NCBI GenBank assembly: GCA_050633305.1
Contig: JBOEGF010000008.1
Span: forward strand, 288,001-352,000
Length of the DNA: 64,000 bases
Direction: 5' to 3'
From: Nannocystales bacterium
GTDB lineage: Bacteria > Myxococcota_A > Polyangia > Nannocystales > Nannocystaceae
Shown: positions 10,239 through 20,231 of the stretch, piece after piece
Position numbering within the stretch: position 1 is the stretch's first letter
Layout of the letters: each line of letters starts with the position of its first letter
Position numbers and translations under genes: made by a program
Notes under the pieces: generated by a model
Seen by the model: the letters and a program-made list of their open reading frames with translations, nothing else
Told to the model about the DNA's origin: nothing
The model's database searches: none

Positions 10239-10398
10239 CCAGTCGCCCCCTGAACTCACAGAGGCACTCAGGCCTCTGGGTCCTCTACGGGCGGCAACCC
10301 CTCGTACGCCGCCCGATTTGCAGGGTGATCAGACTCGATGAGCGCGCGTCGCGTCAAGAGCCGGCGACCCTACAGGAGCGCACATTCAGTTGTTCAGA

Positions 10399-10653
10399 CT
10401 ACGCTTCGAGCACACTGGGATGTGTGAGCACATGGACGGGCTTGCGCTCGTTGAGGCGGTCGAGGCCACGGTGGATGAGCGCGGACCAGTGTCGAACCCG
10501 CTCCAGCATGTCCGGGGACGTCTCCAAGCCCTGGCGGTCGATCTGAACGAGCGCCTCCTGCAATCGAGCGGTTGCGTCGAAAAGCGCGCGCTCCGCTGCC
10601 TGAAGCAGCTCGTCCGCATCTTGGGGGCCACGATCGTGCTTGTAGGGGTTCAT
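10399..10653 (-). CDS. Small helical hypothetical protein
   Basis: 84 aa amphipathic ORF filling an intergenic gap, with a GGAG Shine-Dalgarno upstream. Confidence 0.55.
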   Translation of the reverse strand: MNPYKHDRGPQDADELLQAAERALFDATARLQEALVQIDRQGLETSPDMLERVRHWSALIHRGLDRLNERKPVHVLTHPSVLEA

Positions 10654-10855
10654 CGCATCGACTCCTGGTTTCCTGGGGAGAGTCCGATCCCTCCGCATGA
10701 ATTTAACCTGACAGCCCAGCGCCTCAGGGAAAGGGCCGATTCGCGACGAAATCGCAAATTATCGGCTCGATTCCCCCAAAAGGAGATCGGATCGACGAGA
10801 TCCCCGTGCGAGCCGCCCCCTCAAGAGGCCACATTCGACGACATGCCCCCCAGGG

Positions 10856-11692
10856 TCAGAACCTGTCCTTCGCGGACCTAAGCGCGCCGACCACCCCCAC
10901 CGTGTCCCCTGCTGGCACGTCGAGCTGGGCGGCGATCGACGCGCGGACGCCCGGGTCGAAGGCCAACAAGAAGGGGTTCGTCCGGAACTCGCGCTCCAAC
11001 GTATCGGGAACCGAGCTCCCCGTCGCTGCGCGCTCTTCCCGAAGAGCATCCCGCCGAGCCTGGATTTCGTCGTTTGTGGGCAGCACATGCCCCGCAAAAC
11101 GTAGGTTGGACTCCGTGTACTCGTGGGCACAGCAGACCAGCGAAGCGGGATCCTGCGCCGACAAGACACGCATCGAGGCATCCAGGTCCTGTGCTGTTCC
11201 TTCGAACAGGCGTCCACAGCCCCCAAGGAACAGGCTGTCTCCCACGAACAGGGCGGGTCTTCCTTCAAGTCGGCCAACCCGTCCCGGCGAACCGGCATGG
11301 CCATGCCGGGTGACCCGCGCCATCGGCGTGTCGCAGCGATACGCGATGTGCCCACGTGTGTGCGCTCGCACGTCAAGAACCGAGAGTTCGACGCCTGCGA
11401 CCTCGACACACTCTCCGACCTCAACCGGACGAGTGAGGCCCGGAATCCTCTCCCGATCATGCGCAGGGCCCAGAATCGCGCAGCCAACCGTTTCGCTCAG
11501 CTTCACGTTTCCCCCCACGTGGTCGGGGTGATGATGCGTGTTGAGGACCGCCTCCAAGGTGACATCGAGCGCCTCGAGGACCGGAAGGACCGCCGTCGCA
11601 TCAGGCGGATCGACCACAAACGCTCGGTCGCCGTTGCGGACCAGATAGACGTAGTTGTCCTGCCAGACCGGGATTTGCAGCAGTTCGAGCAC
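10856..11692 (-). CDS. gloB: Hydroxyacylglutathione hydrolase (glyoxalase II)
   Basis: DNYVYL, THHHPDHVGG, HTRGH, GDSLFLGGCGRLFEG, CAHEYT, TNPFL; GTG start. Confidence 0.92.
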   Translation of the reverse strand: MLELLQIPVWQDNYVYLVRNGDRAFVVDPPDATAVLPVLEALDVTLEAVLNTHHHPDHVGGNVKLSETVGCAILGPAHDRERIPGLTRPVEVGECVEVAGVELSVLDVRAHTRGHIAYRCDTPMARVTRHGHAGSPGRVGRLEGRPALFVGDSLFLGGCGRLFEGTAQDLDASMRVLSAQDPASLVCCAHEYTESNLRFAGHVLPTNDEIQARRDALREERAATGSSVPDTLEREFRTNPFLLAFDPGVRASIAAQLDVPAGDTVGVVGALRSAKDRF

Positions 11693-11749
11693 GAGCGGAG
11701 CATACGTGGTGCTCCGATCGTGTGACAGGGCGAGCACGAGTCGATACGA

Positions 11750-13213
11750 TTGCCACGGAAGAACGCCTTGGGCGTCGAAGACCCCACCGTCGCCGACGAT
11801 TCCTCGGCATCGATGACGTCGGCCCCGCTTGCCGACATCTCTGGGAGCGTCCTGCATGGCCGCTACAGAGCAGCGCGGCTTGTGGGCTCGGGATCGATGG
11901 GTGATGTCTACGACGGCATCGACCTGAGCACCGGCGGCCGCGTTGCGTTGAAGGTCCTCAAACCCGAGCGCGCGGTCCGAGAGGTCTTCCGCCATCGCTT
12001 CATGCGGGAGGCCAAATCGGCGGTCCTGATCGACCACCCGAACGTCGTCGACGTGCTCGACTTCGGCGAGACCCCCGAGGGTCTGCTCTTCATCGCGATG
12101 GAGTTCCTCGAGGGCGAAGACCTCTCGTCCTACCTGGGTCGCAACGGCCGCCTTCACTGGCCGCACGCGGTCGTCGTGCTCCGGCAGATCGCAGCCGCAC
12201 TCGCAGCCGCCCACGACTGCGGTGTGGTGCACCGCGACGTGAAGCCGTCCAACATCTTGTTGCGTCAAGACGGGCCGGGGGGCCTCATCGTCAAGCTCCT
12301 CGACTTCGGGGTCGCCAAGCTCGACAACCAGATGGTTTCCCGCGTCCTCACGCGGGCCGAGGATGTTGTGGGCACCGTCTTGTACATGTCGCCTGAACAG
12401 GCTGAGGGACGCACAGCGGACCTGCGCTCGGATGTCTACGCGTTTGGGGTCACCGCATTCCAGACGCTGACCGGGGATGTCCCCTTCCCCGGTCGCGACC
12501 TGTTCAAGGTGATGAGCGCCCACCTCAATGAAGCACCGCCCGACCCCGCGACCGGTGCACCCGAGATGCCCCCGTGGGGCTCACAGTTCGTGCTGCGCTG
12601 CCTCGAGAAGGCACCGGACTCTCGGTATCAGAGCATGCATGACGTGCTCTCCGTGCTCTCTGGAACGGTGGATCCAGGCATCGTCTCCGAGCCCCGAGCA
12701 GGCACACCGATCAACGACCCCCGCGACGCCGAATACGACCTGCACCCGCCGCTGATGGAGGATGCGCTCCCGTCCGGGAGCCAGACCCCGCTCCTCCCAT
12801 CGAACCACGCGGACGAGTTCGACGAAGCACCGACCGCATACTTTCAAGCACAGGCTGCGGTGCCCGTGCGTGTGCCCGCCACCACCACGACGCGAACGCC
12901 CGCGCTCCCGCCCGAGCCCGAGCCTGCAACCGAAGTCGCGGTGGCGACGTTCCAGCACCCACACCCGTTCATCGCACCTGTCCCAGCAGGCCCCCCGATG
13001 ACCCACACGCAGCCGATGCCGGTCGAACCGGCTCCGCTCCAGCTGAGCTCGCCGTTCGGCCGTCAGGATCCGCTCGGCGGCCAAACCCTGCCCGTCCCCG
13101 CGTTCCCCGAGGACCCCGAGCCGTACGACCCCCGCCCCTCACGCGGGATCTACGTTCTCCTCGCGTTTGGTGTGCTGGCCGTCCTCGCAGCGCTCGCCGT
13201 GGTCGTTGGGTAG
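11750..13213 (+). CDS. Ser/Thr protein kinase with Pro-rich linker and C-terminal TM helix
   Basis: VALK, HRDVKPSN, DFG, YMSPE; hydrophobic C-terminus. Start uncertain. Confidence 0.9.
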   Translation: MPRKNALGVEDPTVADDSSASMTSAPLADISGSVLHGRYRAARLVGSGSMGDVYDGIDLSTGGRVALKVLKPERAVREVFRHRFMREAKSAVLIDHPNVVDVLDFGETPEGLLFIAMEFLEGEDLSSYLGRNGRLHWPHAVVVLRQIAAALAAAHDCGVVHRDVKPSNILLRQDGPGGLIVKLLDFGVAKLDNQMVSRVLTRAEDVVGTVLYMSPEQAEGRTADLRSDVYAFGVTAFQTLTGDVPFPGRDLFKVMSAHLNEAPPDPATGAPEMPPWGSQFVLRCLEKAPDSRYQSMHDVLSVLSGTVDPGIVSEPRAGTPINDPRDAEYDLHPPLMEDALPSGSQTPLLPSNHADEFDEAPTAYFQAQAAVPVRVPATTTTRTPALPPEPEPATEVAVATFQHPHPFIAPVPAGPPMTHTQPMPVEPAPLQLSSPFGRQDPLGGQTLPVPAFPEDPEPYDPRPSRGIYVLLAFGVLAVLAALAVVVG

Positions 13214-13276
13214 CAGACCGCGCGGGACCGGGACCACACGCGACCGACCCCGGAAAGGCGACCGGATCGCGCTTTG

Positions 13277-14083
13277 ATGATGAAAAGTGCTCGATTCAGC
13301 TCGGCAGCGTACTCTCGGGAGCGCGTGTTCGAAGCGGACGACATGCCCGCACCCGTGCGGGCGATCCTCCCCCCGGTGTTCTCCCTTGTGGAGCCACCGC
13401 AGGGCGAGCTTTCGGAGGTGGCGTTCGTCCGAAGCGCGGACCAACACGACATCGTCATCAAGCACTCCGCGAACCCGGTCTACTCGCAGTGGCTCGATCG
13501 CGAAGCGAAGGTCCTGCGCGCACTGGAGTCGACCAATCTCCCGGTCCCACAGGTCATCGCCCACCACATCGATGGGGACGCGCAGTGGCTGCTGATGACC
13601 CGGATCCCCGGCGAGTCGGGTTGGACTGCGCTCGCCGACGCGTCCACAGCCGAGCGACGCTCGTTGCTCCGCGCCCTCGGAGACATGCTGGCGCGCATTC
13701 ACGCGACGCCCGTCCCCGAGGCGCTCAGCGATGCCGACGCTACGCCCTGGCTCGAGCGCCACCGGGTCTACGCCGAAGAGGTCTCGCTCGACAACGACCT
13801 GCTCGCGTCCTTCGGCCCGCCCGCGCCCGAGGTCCGTACCTTCATCCACGGCGACTTCACACTCGACAACGTTCTGCTGTGCGAAGGACGAGTCAGCGGT
13901 GTGATCGACTGGAGCGGGTGTGGAGCCGGAGACCCGCGTTTCGACATTGCCCTCGCCCTCGCGACCGCCCCCGAGCTCGTCCTGCAACCCGCCGACCACG
14001 AAGCGTTCTTCTCGGGCTACGTCAAGGACAGCATGCCCGCACCGCTGCGCTCGATGGTGCGAGAGCTGTACGGCGTCGGCTAG
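13277..14083 (+). CDS. Aminoglycoside phosphotransferase (APH)-family kinase
   Basis: HGDFTLDNVLL and GVIDW motifs. Alternative GTG start at 13325. Confidence 0.85.
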   Translation: MMKSARFSSAAYSRERVFEADDMPAPVRAILPPVFSLVEPPQGELSEVAFVRSADQHDIVIKHSANPVYSQWLDREAKVLRALESTNLPVPQVIAHHIDGDAQWLLMTRIPGESGWTALADASTAERRSLLRALGDMLARIHATPVPEALSDADATPWLERHRVYAEEVSLDNDLLASFGPPAPEVRTFIHGDFTLDNVLLCEGRVSGVIDWSGCGAGDPRFDIALALATAPELVLQPADHEAFFSGYVKDSMPAPLRSMVRELYGVG

Positions 14084-14131
14084 AACGCCGACCGGTTGAA
14101 CTCGGCCCCGCAACGTCTGGGCTGCAGAGTC

Positions 14132-15211
14132 CTACCAGTGGGCCAGCGTCGCTTGCAGCGACAGTGCGTTTGCGATGCGACCCTGCGCAAAGAAGCCCGG
14201 CTCGTACCCGACGCCGACGCCGAGGAACAGGCTCTTTGCGACCTTGAACTCGGCCAGTACCTTGAGCGGAATCGACACGGAGATGTCGCGAACCCTACGC
14301 TCCGGCTCGTCGAGTTTCGACCAAGCCAACGCCAACCCGCCCATCGCAACCAGGCGCTTCTTGCCGCGGTAGCGAACCATGCCCGCCAGATGACCGAAGC
14401 TTCCCTTGATCGTTCGTCGGACCAGCCGCGCGCCGGCGTGTCCACCTAGCACCAGGTACGCCCCCCAGGCCCGGCGCCAGTTGTAGCCGACGCCCAAGTC
14501 GCCGGCGTATGCAGCCGCACCTGCTCGGTAGAGATCGGTTCGCCAGTGCGCATAGGAGATGCCGTGCGAGGTGAAGACACCGAACTTCTTCCAGTCGTCC
14601 TCCTCGCTCTTCTTGGGCGGAGTCTCGGTGGCCTCTTCTTCGGCAGAGGCCTCTTCTTCGGGCGGAGCCGGTTCGAGCTCTGGCGCATCGATCGCAACAG
14701 ACGCGACGTCGGCCTTGTGCAGGGTGTGCACGTCTCCCTCGTCGGAGACGACCACCGCTGCGGCTTCCGTGGTCGCGACGAGCTTGCCGTGGAGTGGCTC
14801 GGCGCCGTCGCGCTGCACGGTGATCCCCTTCTCGAGTGCGGCCTGCCACTCCTCCTCGCTCACCCGGTATGCAACGGGCGTGTCTTCGACGGCGGGCTCT
14901 TCGCTGGGTTCCTCCGCGACCGACTCTTCGGGCACGGCCTCCGCCGGCTCCTCGGGCACGGCTTCGGCCGGCTCCTCGGGAACGGCCTCCGCCGGCTCCT
15001 CGGCGGGTGCCGGTTCGGCAGGCGGCGGCAAAGGTGCCGACTCCGGTGGCGGAGCGGGAAGCGGCTCCGAAGGCGCAGGCGCAGGCGCGGGCGCGGGTGG
15101 AGGCGCGGGCTGAACCGCAGGCGCGGGCTGCGCTCCAGCGACGGCAGGAAACAGGCAAAGGCTACCGACGGCGACGCACAGTCCTTGTTTCCAACGCCTC
15201 GGCAAGACCAT
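14132..15211 (-). CDS. Secreted protein with Pro/Glu-rich stalk and probable C-terminal outer-membrane beta-barrel
   Basis: Signal peptide, PAPA and EEPAEAVP repeats, alternating beta-strand pattern ending in aromatic W. Confidence 0.65.
   Translation of the reverse strand: MVLPRRWKQGLCVAVGSLCLFPAVAGAQPAPAVQPAPPPAPAPAPAPSEPLPAPPPESAPLPPPAEPAPAEEPAEAVPEEPAEAVPEEPAEAVPEESVAEEPSEEPAVEDTPVAYRVSEEEWQAALEKGITVQRDGAEPLHGKLVATTEAAAVVVSDEGDVHTLHKADVASVAIDAPELEPAPPEEEASAEEEATETPPKKSEEDDWKKFGVFTSHGISYAHWRTDLYRAGAAAYAGDLGVGYNWRRAWGAYLVLGGHAGARLVRRTIKGSFGHLAGMVRYRGKKRLVAMGGLALAWSKLDEPERRVRDISVSIPLKVLAEFKVAKSLFLGVGVGYEPGFFAQGRIANALSLQATLAHW
14930..15001. repeat. 3 x 24-bp intragenic tandem repeat encoding EEPAEAVP
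   Basis: Units at 14930-14953, 14954-14977 and 14978-15001 with synonymous differences. Confidence 0.9.
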
Positions 15212-15326
15212 CGAACCAAGTGTGCCCGACGGATCGTGCGCACTCAAACCGCGCGGGATGGATGGCCGATGGTGGTTCATACGTTGTCGTTACAAACGGC
15301 GGCCCAATCCGGCGCACGCTCAAACC

Positions 15327-16607
15327 ATGACCCCGCGCGACCCTCGCTGGCCCTCCGATGGTGCTCTTGATCCCGAAGAGCACGCTCCCGATACATCCGG
15401 CTACGCGCTCGTTCGCACACCGCCGCGACCGCGCCGCAGCACGTTCCGAACGATGGAGACCGTCTTGCTCGCCAGCACCGCTGCCCTTCTCGCGGCGGTG
15501 GCCTGGCCGATTGCCACAGGAGGCCAAAGCGCGCCACCGACCCCGGTCGCCGCCGCGCCCCCGGCTGCCGCGATCCAGCAAGCGCCGAAGATTCAGTTGG
15601 CGCTCCTGTTGGACACCAGCTCCAGCATGGATGGCTTACTCGACCAGGCCCGATCGCAACTGTGGGCCGTCGTCAACGCGCTCGACTCCGCGACGTTCCA
15701 AGGCGCCGCGCCACAACTCGAGATCGCGGTCTACGAGTACGGCAACGATGGCCTCGCAGAATCGGACGGCTACATTCGTCAGGTGGTCGGGTTCTCGGGC
15801 GAGCTCGACCTCGTCTCAGAGGGGTTGTTCGGCCTCACGACTTCGGGCGGGGACGAGTTTGCGGGCCAAGTCATCTCGGCCGCGACACGGGAGCTGAAAT
15901 GGGACGAGCGCGACAACGTGCTGCGCGTTCTGTACATCGCGGGCAATGAGGAGTTCACCCAAGGACCGATGGACTTCCACGAAACCGTCGCCGCCGCGCG
16001 TTCGCGCGGCATCGTGGTCAACACCGTCAACTGCACGGGCCGCGGCAACTGGGATCCCGGCTGGCAAGACGCAGCCCGGCTTGGCGGCGGAAAAGCACTT
16101 CGCATCGACCACAACGCAAAACAGGCGTACATCGCTTCGCCTCACGATGACGAGATCGAGAGCCTCTCCTCGAAGCTCAACGATACGTACATCGGGTTTG
16201 GTTACCGTGCGAAGGCGGCCCTGGACAACCAGGCGCGCCAAGACAAGAACAGCGTGTCCGCCGGTCGGACAAGCTCGATCGCCCGTGCGATGAGCAAGAC
16301 CTCCGGCATGTACAACAACGCCAAGTGGGACCTCGTCGACGCGCTGGACGAAGGGACGGTTGAACTCGGCACCCTCGATCGGTCCACGCTCCTGCATGGC
16401 TACTCCGCGCTGAGCGATGAGGAACTCGAACAGAAGGTCACAGACGCGCGAAACACCCGAGACCAGCTCAAGAAAGACCTTCGCGAGCTCCAGGAGCAGC
16501 GTGAAGCGTACGTCGCCACGCAGCGAACACAGGGAGGTCATCGACTCGACCATGCGATCATCGACTCGATCTCCGCCCAGGCGGCAGCCGCAGGATTTAC
16601 TCTCTAG
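15327..16607 (+). CDS. Membrane-anchored VWA-domain protein
   Basis: TM segment, MIDAS motif LLLDTSSSM, GGDE, C-terminal coiled coil. Confidence 0.85.
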   Translation: MTPRDPRWPSDGALDPEEHAPDTSGYALVRTPPRPRRSTFRTMETVLLASTAALLAAVAWPIATGGQSAPPTPVAAAPPAAAIQQAPKIQLALLLDTSSSMDGLLDQARSQLWAVVNALDSATFQGAAPQLEIAVYEYGNDGLAESDGYIRQVVGFSGELDLVSEGLFGLTTSGGDEFAGQVISAATRELKWDERDNVLRVLYIAGNEEFTQGPMDFHETVAAARSRGIVVNTVNCTGRGNWDPGWQDAARLGGGKALRIDHNAKQAYIASPHDDEIESLSSKLNDTYIGFGYRAKAALDNQARQDKNSVSAGRTSSIARAMSKTSGMYNNAKWDLVDALDEGTVELGTLDRSTLLHGYSALSDEELEQKVTDARNTRDQLKKDLRELQEQREAYVATQRTQGGHRLDHAIIDSISAQAAAAGFTL

Positions 16608-16611
16608 TTCG

Positions 16612-17316
16612 ATGCCTGGAACGCGCGCCACCGTGCTCGTCGTCGAAGACGACCCCGCGATTCGTATGGGGCTCGTCGATGCCCTGGGGTTCGACGGCTA
16701 TGGCGTCCTGCAGGCCGACACGGCGCCTGCGGGTCGGGATGCCGCGCTTCGGGACCACTGCGACTGCGTCCTGCTCGACCTCATGCTTCCCGGGGGCGAT
16801 GGATTCACCGTTCTCTCCGAGGTGCGCCGCGTCAAACCCACGCTCCCGATCATCATCCTCACCGCTCGCGGTCGCGAGGCGGACCGAGTCCGAGGGCTAC
16901 GGCTCGGCGCGGACGACTATGTGGTCAAGCCGTTCAGCGTGCGAGAGCTGCTGGCTCGGGTGGAGGCGGTGCTGCGCCGCGCTCCCCCCCAAGAGACCGA
17001 AGACGCACGGGTGTCGATCCCCGGAGGACACGCCGACCTTGCCCGCCGCGAGGTGGTCTTCGACGACGGCCACCGGGTGGAGTTGGCCGACCGCGAGGTC
17101 GCACTGTTGGCCCACCTCTCCCAACATGCCGAACGGGCGGTGGGACGGGACGAGTTGCTGCGCGAGATCTGGCACGTCAACCCGGAGCACACACAGACCC
17201 GGACGGTGGACATGCACGTTGCTCGCCTCCGAGAGAAGCTCCGCGACGCCTCGGGCTCGCCGAAGGTCATCCTCACCGTCCGCGGGAAGGGCTACAAGTT
17301 CGGAGCGAGCGGGTGA
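16612..17316 (+). CDS. OmpR-family response regulator
   Basis: VVEDD, LLDLMLP, GADDYVVKPF, RTVDMHVARLREKL, TVRGKGY. Confidence 0.95.
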   Translation: MPGTRATVLVVEDDPAIRMGLVDALGFDGYGVLQADTAPAGRDAALRDHCDCVLLDLMLPGGDGFTVLSEVRRVKPTLPIIILTARGREADRVRGLRLGADDYVVKPFSVRELLARVEAVLRRAPPQETEDARVSIPGGHADLARREVVFDDGHRVELADREVALLAHLSQHAERAVGRDELLREIWHVNPEHTQTRTVDMHVARLREKLRDASGSPKVILTVRGKGYKFGASG

Positions 17317-19130
17317 GCCGTCGGGTCCGAGTCTGGGTGGCGGTCGGGGTCGCTCTGTGTGCCGTTGTCGGCATGATGATCGCGATCACCTCGACGTTGC
17401 TCGCGACCGAGCGAGCCGCAGCAGAGGCGACTGCGCATGCCGTCACCGAGGAGCGAGTTCGGTTGGCCCTGTGGCGGCTCGACAGCACGGTCCCCGGCCG
17501 AATCAGCCAGGAGATGGCCCGCGTCGCACTGCTGGCCGAGAGCCCCGACCCGGCTCCCGAGCTTCCCAACACGCCCGAAGTCCGAGGCCGGTTCTTGCGG
17601 TCCGCCAACGGGTCGCTTCGCTGGCTCACTGCACCGGAGAGTCCGGTCTTGGACAGCGTGACTCTGGCCCTGAAGTCCGAAGGGTTCGAGGACACGCTCG
17701 GCGCTCCATCGGGCTTCCGTGCACCGCCGCTCTCGGTCGCGGAGACCAACACCAAGCAGACCAAGTCCGGCTACTACGCTGCGTCGCAGCAGTCGCGCAA
17801 CAGCCAGGAGTGGCAGAAGCGTGCGTCGAGTGCCCGCGACAACATGAATTCCATCGCGACGGTGCAGCAGCAGCAAAGCGCCGCCTTGCTCAACAACCTC
17901 AACAGCCTCGGCAGCAAGGTGTCGAAGCTTAGCAAGAGCGGCAACCGCAACGGCGAGGTGAACTCCGTCGGAAGCCTGGCCGGCCTGCCCTTCAGCGCCA
18001 CCGACGACTCCGAACTCTATCGGGAGCTGGAGAAGGCGATCGAAGACGAGCAGGCATCGCTCGCCAGCGCGCAGTTGGGCCCGGTGACACCGATCTGGGT
18101 CGGAGACGAGTTGGTGCTCGCCCGTCGCGTCCGCCGCGGGGAGTCCGTCGAGATCCATGGCGCTTGGATCGACTGGCCCAAGCTCCGCGACGACCTCCTC
18201 GTTGAGGTTGCGGACCTCCTTCCCAGCCCCGCCCTCACCCCTGCCCCCACCCCGTCGACCGCGGACACAGCACGCCTGCTGGCCACACTTCCGGTCCGGC
18301 TCGATCACGGCGCCTTACCCCCGCCACCGAGCGATGCGTTCACTCCCGTGCGAGCCTCCATCATCGGTGGTTGGCTCGTCGTGCTCATCGGGACCGGGAC
18401 CGTCGTCGTGCTGCTGCTGTGGTCGATGGCCCTTTCGGAGCGACGCGCGGCCTTCGTCTCCACGGTCACCCATGAGCTGCGAACCCCCCTGACGACCTTC
18501 CGGATGTACACCGAGATGCTCGGCGAAAAGATGGTCGAGTCCAAGCGGGACCGCTACATCGCGACGCTGCGCACCGAGGCAGAACGCCTGGGGCACCTGG
18601 TCGAGAACGTGCTCTCCTACGCCAAGATCGAGAGCGACAAGGCCGAACGCACCCGGGAGACCGTCTCGGTGCAGTCGTTGCTCGAGCATGTCGCCCCGGC
18701 GCTGCGCAGTCGCTGCGAGGCCTCGGGCACCGAACTCGAAGTCGTGCCCGACGAGGCCACCTTGAACAGGACCGTCCAGGTCGACACGTCCGCCATCGAG
18801 CAGATCCTGCTCAACCTGATCGACAACGCAGCCAAGTACGCACCCAGCGCTCAGGGACCCACGCGGATGGTTGTGGAGACGCTCCTCGATGGGCGGCAGC
18901 TCCGAATCGCGGTCCGTGACTTCGGGCCGGGGATCCCCGCGGGTGAACGCAGAAAGATCTTCGAGCCGTTCAGTAAGGCAAAGCGTGATGAGGCCGGCAC
19001 GAAGCCGGGGGTAGGACTTGGGCTTGCGCTGTGCCGTCGGCTGGCGCGCGCCCACGGCGGGGACCTCTCGGTCGAAGACGCGAAGCCTGGAGCCCGCTTT
19101 GTGCTCACGCTGGCGAGCCAGCCGTCGTGA
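17313..19130 (+). CDS. Sensor histidine kinase with two TM helices
   Basis: THELRTPLT, NLIDNAAKY, DFGPGI, GVGLGL; GTGA overlap with the regulator. Confidence 0.93.
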   Translation: MSRRVRVWVAVGVALCAVVGMMIAITSTLLATERAAAEATAHAVTEERVRLALWRLDSTVPGRISQEMARVALLAESPDPAPELPNTPEVRGRFLRSANGSLRWLTAPESPVLDSVTLALKSEGFEDTLGAPSGFRAPPLSVAETNTKQTKSGYYAASQQSRNSQEWQKRASSARDNMNSIATVQQQQSAALLNNLNSLGSKVSKLSKSGNRNGEVNSVGSLAGLPFSATDDSELYRELEKAIEDEQASLASAQLGPVTPIWVGDELVLARRVRRGESVEIHGAWIDWPKLRDDLLVEVADLLPSPALTPAPTPSTADTARLLATLPVRLDHGALPPPPSDAFTPVRASIIGGWLVVLIGTGTVVVLLLWSMALSERRAAFVSTVTHELRTPLTTFRMYTEMLGEKMVESKRDRYIATLRTEAERLGHLVENVLSYAKIESDKAERTRETVSVQSLLEHVAPALRSRCEASGTELEVVPDEATLNRTVQVDTSAIEQILLNLIDNAAKYAPSAQGPTRMVVETLLDGRQLRIAVRDFGPGIPAGERRKIFEPFSKAKRDEAGTKPGVGLGLALCRRLARAHGGDLSVEDAKPGARFVLTLASQPS

Positions 19131-20136
19131 GCTCGATGCAGATCTTTCCCCGCTGGGTCCCGGACGCGAGATGGTCGAACGCGGCTCGGGTCTCCTCCAG
19201 CGGGTAGACGCTGTCGATCCGAGGTTCGAGCCGATGGTGCTCGATGTTCCGGCACATCGCCCTAAATCCGGCCCGGTGTCCCACAAGCACGCCCTGGACC
19301 CGGACCTGGCCCATGAGAACGGGCGTCATGTCGACCTCCGCGCGCCCGCCCGCCAGAACCCCGATCATCGCCACGGTCCCGCCCATCCTCACAGCGCGAA
19401 GCGACTGCCCCAACGTGCCCGCTCCGCCCACTTCGACGACCAGGTCGACACCCCGGCCGTCGGTGAGTCCACGGACAGTCTTGCCCCACTTCGAGTCGCC
19501 CGTGGTGACCACCGTTTTCCATGCCCCGCGCTCCGCCAGAGCGTCAGCCTTGTCTGCACTTCGAGAGGTCGCGATGACCCGAGCGCCCGCAGCGACCGCG
19601 AAATCGAGCGCGAACGAACTGACTCCTCCCGATCCCTGGACCAAGACCGTGTCTCCCGCTCGGATGCCTCCGAGCGTGACCAGAGCGCTCCAGGCCGTGA
19701 GCCCAGCACACGGAAGCGTGGCGGCTTGCACATCCGTGAGATGCGAAGGCACGGACGCCACCCCATCTGGCTCCAGAATCGCCCACTCCCGCAGCATCCC
19801 CGGCAGCGGACCACCCAACGTCGACCGGGCACTGTCATGCGCCGGCTCTCCGTCCAGCCACCCCTGCGCAAACAAGCCGGCGACCCGATCCCCAACCCGA
19901 GACGGATCGACTCCGGGTCCGACCGCGTCGATCACCCCCACACCATCGGACGCCGGGACAAGCGGCAGCGGCTGGCGCGGATTGTACTGCCCCTGAACCA
20001 TCAAGAGGTCACGGTAGTTGAGCGAGACGGCGTGCACCCGGACCCGCACCTGGCCGGGCCCAGGCTCGGGCTTGGGCTGCTCCACGAGGTGAAGGTTGTC
20101 GAGACCGAAAGCTTCGCGGACGACGACGGCACGCAC
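19105..20136 (-). CDS. MDR-superfamily NAD(P)-dependent oxidoreductase (zinc-ADH-like)
   Basis: SLNYRDL, PASDGVG, LPCAGLTAW, QGSGGVS, VEVGGAGT. Confidence 0.9.
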   Translation of the reverse strand: MRAVVVREAFGLDNLHLVEQPKPEPGPGQVRVRVHAVSLNYRDLLMVQGQYNPRQPLPLVPASDGVGVIDAVGPGVDPSRVGDRVAGLFAQGWLDGEPAHDSARSTLGGPLPGMLREWAILEPDGVASVPSHLTDVQAATLPCAGLTAWSALVTLGGIRAGDTVLVQGSGGVSSFALDFAVAAGARVIATSRSADKADALAERGAWKTVVTTGDSKWGKTVRGLTDGRGVDLVVEVGGAGTLGQSLRAVRMGGTVAMIGVLAGGRAEVDMTPVLMGQVRVQGVLVGHRAGFRAMCRNIEHHRLEPRIDSVYPLEETRAAFDHLASGTQRGKICIELTTAGSPA

Positions 20137-20231
20137 GGGCGTCACGATGGCCCATGCCCGTGCGACCGTCGACCCACGGCGGCTGACACGCAAGGCCACT
20201 CCTCGGCCCAACCGCTGCTACCCTCCGGGGC

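Noticed and set aside
14930..15001. 24-bp repeats as a possible CRISPR array
   Set aside because: No spacers, in-frame coding, and no cas genes.
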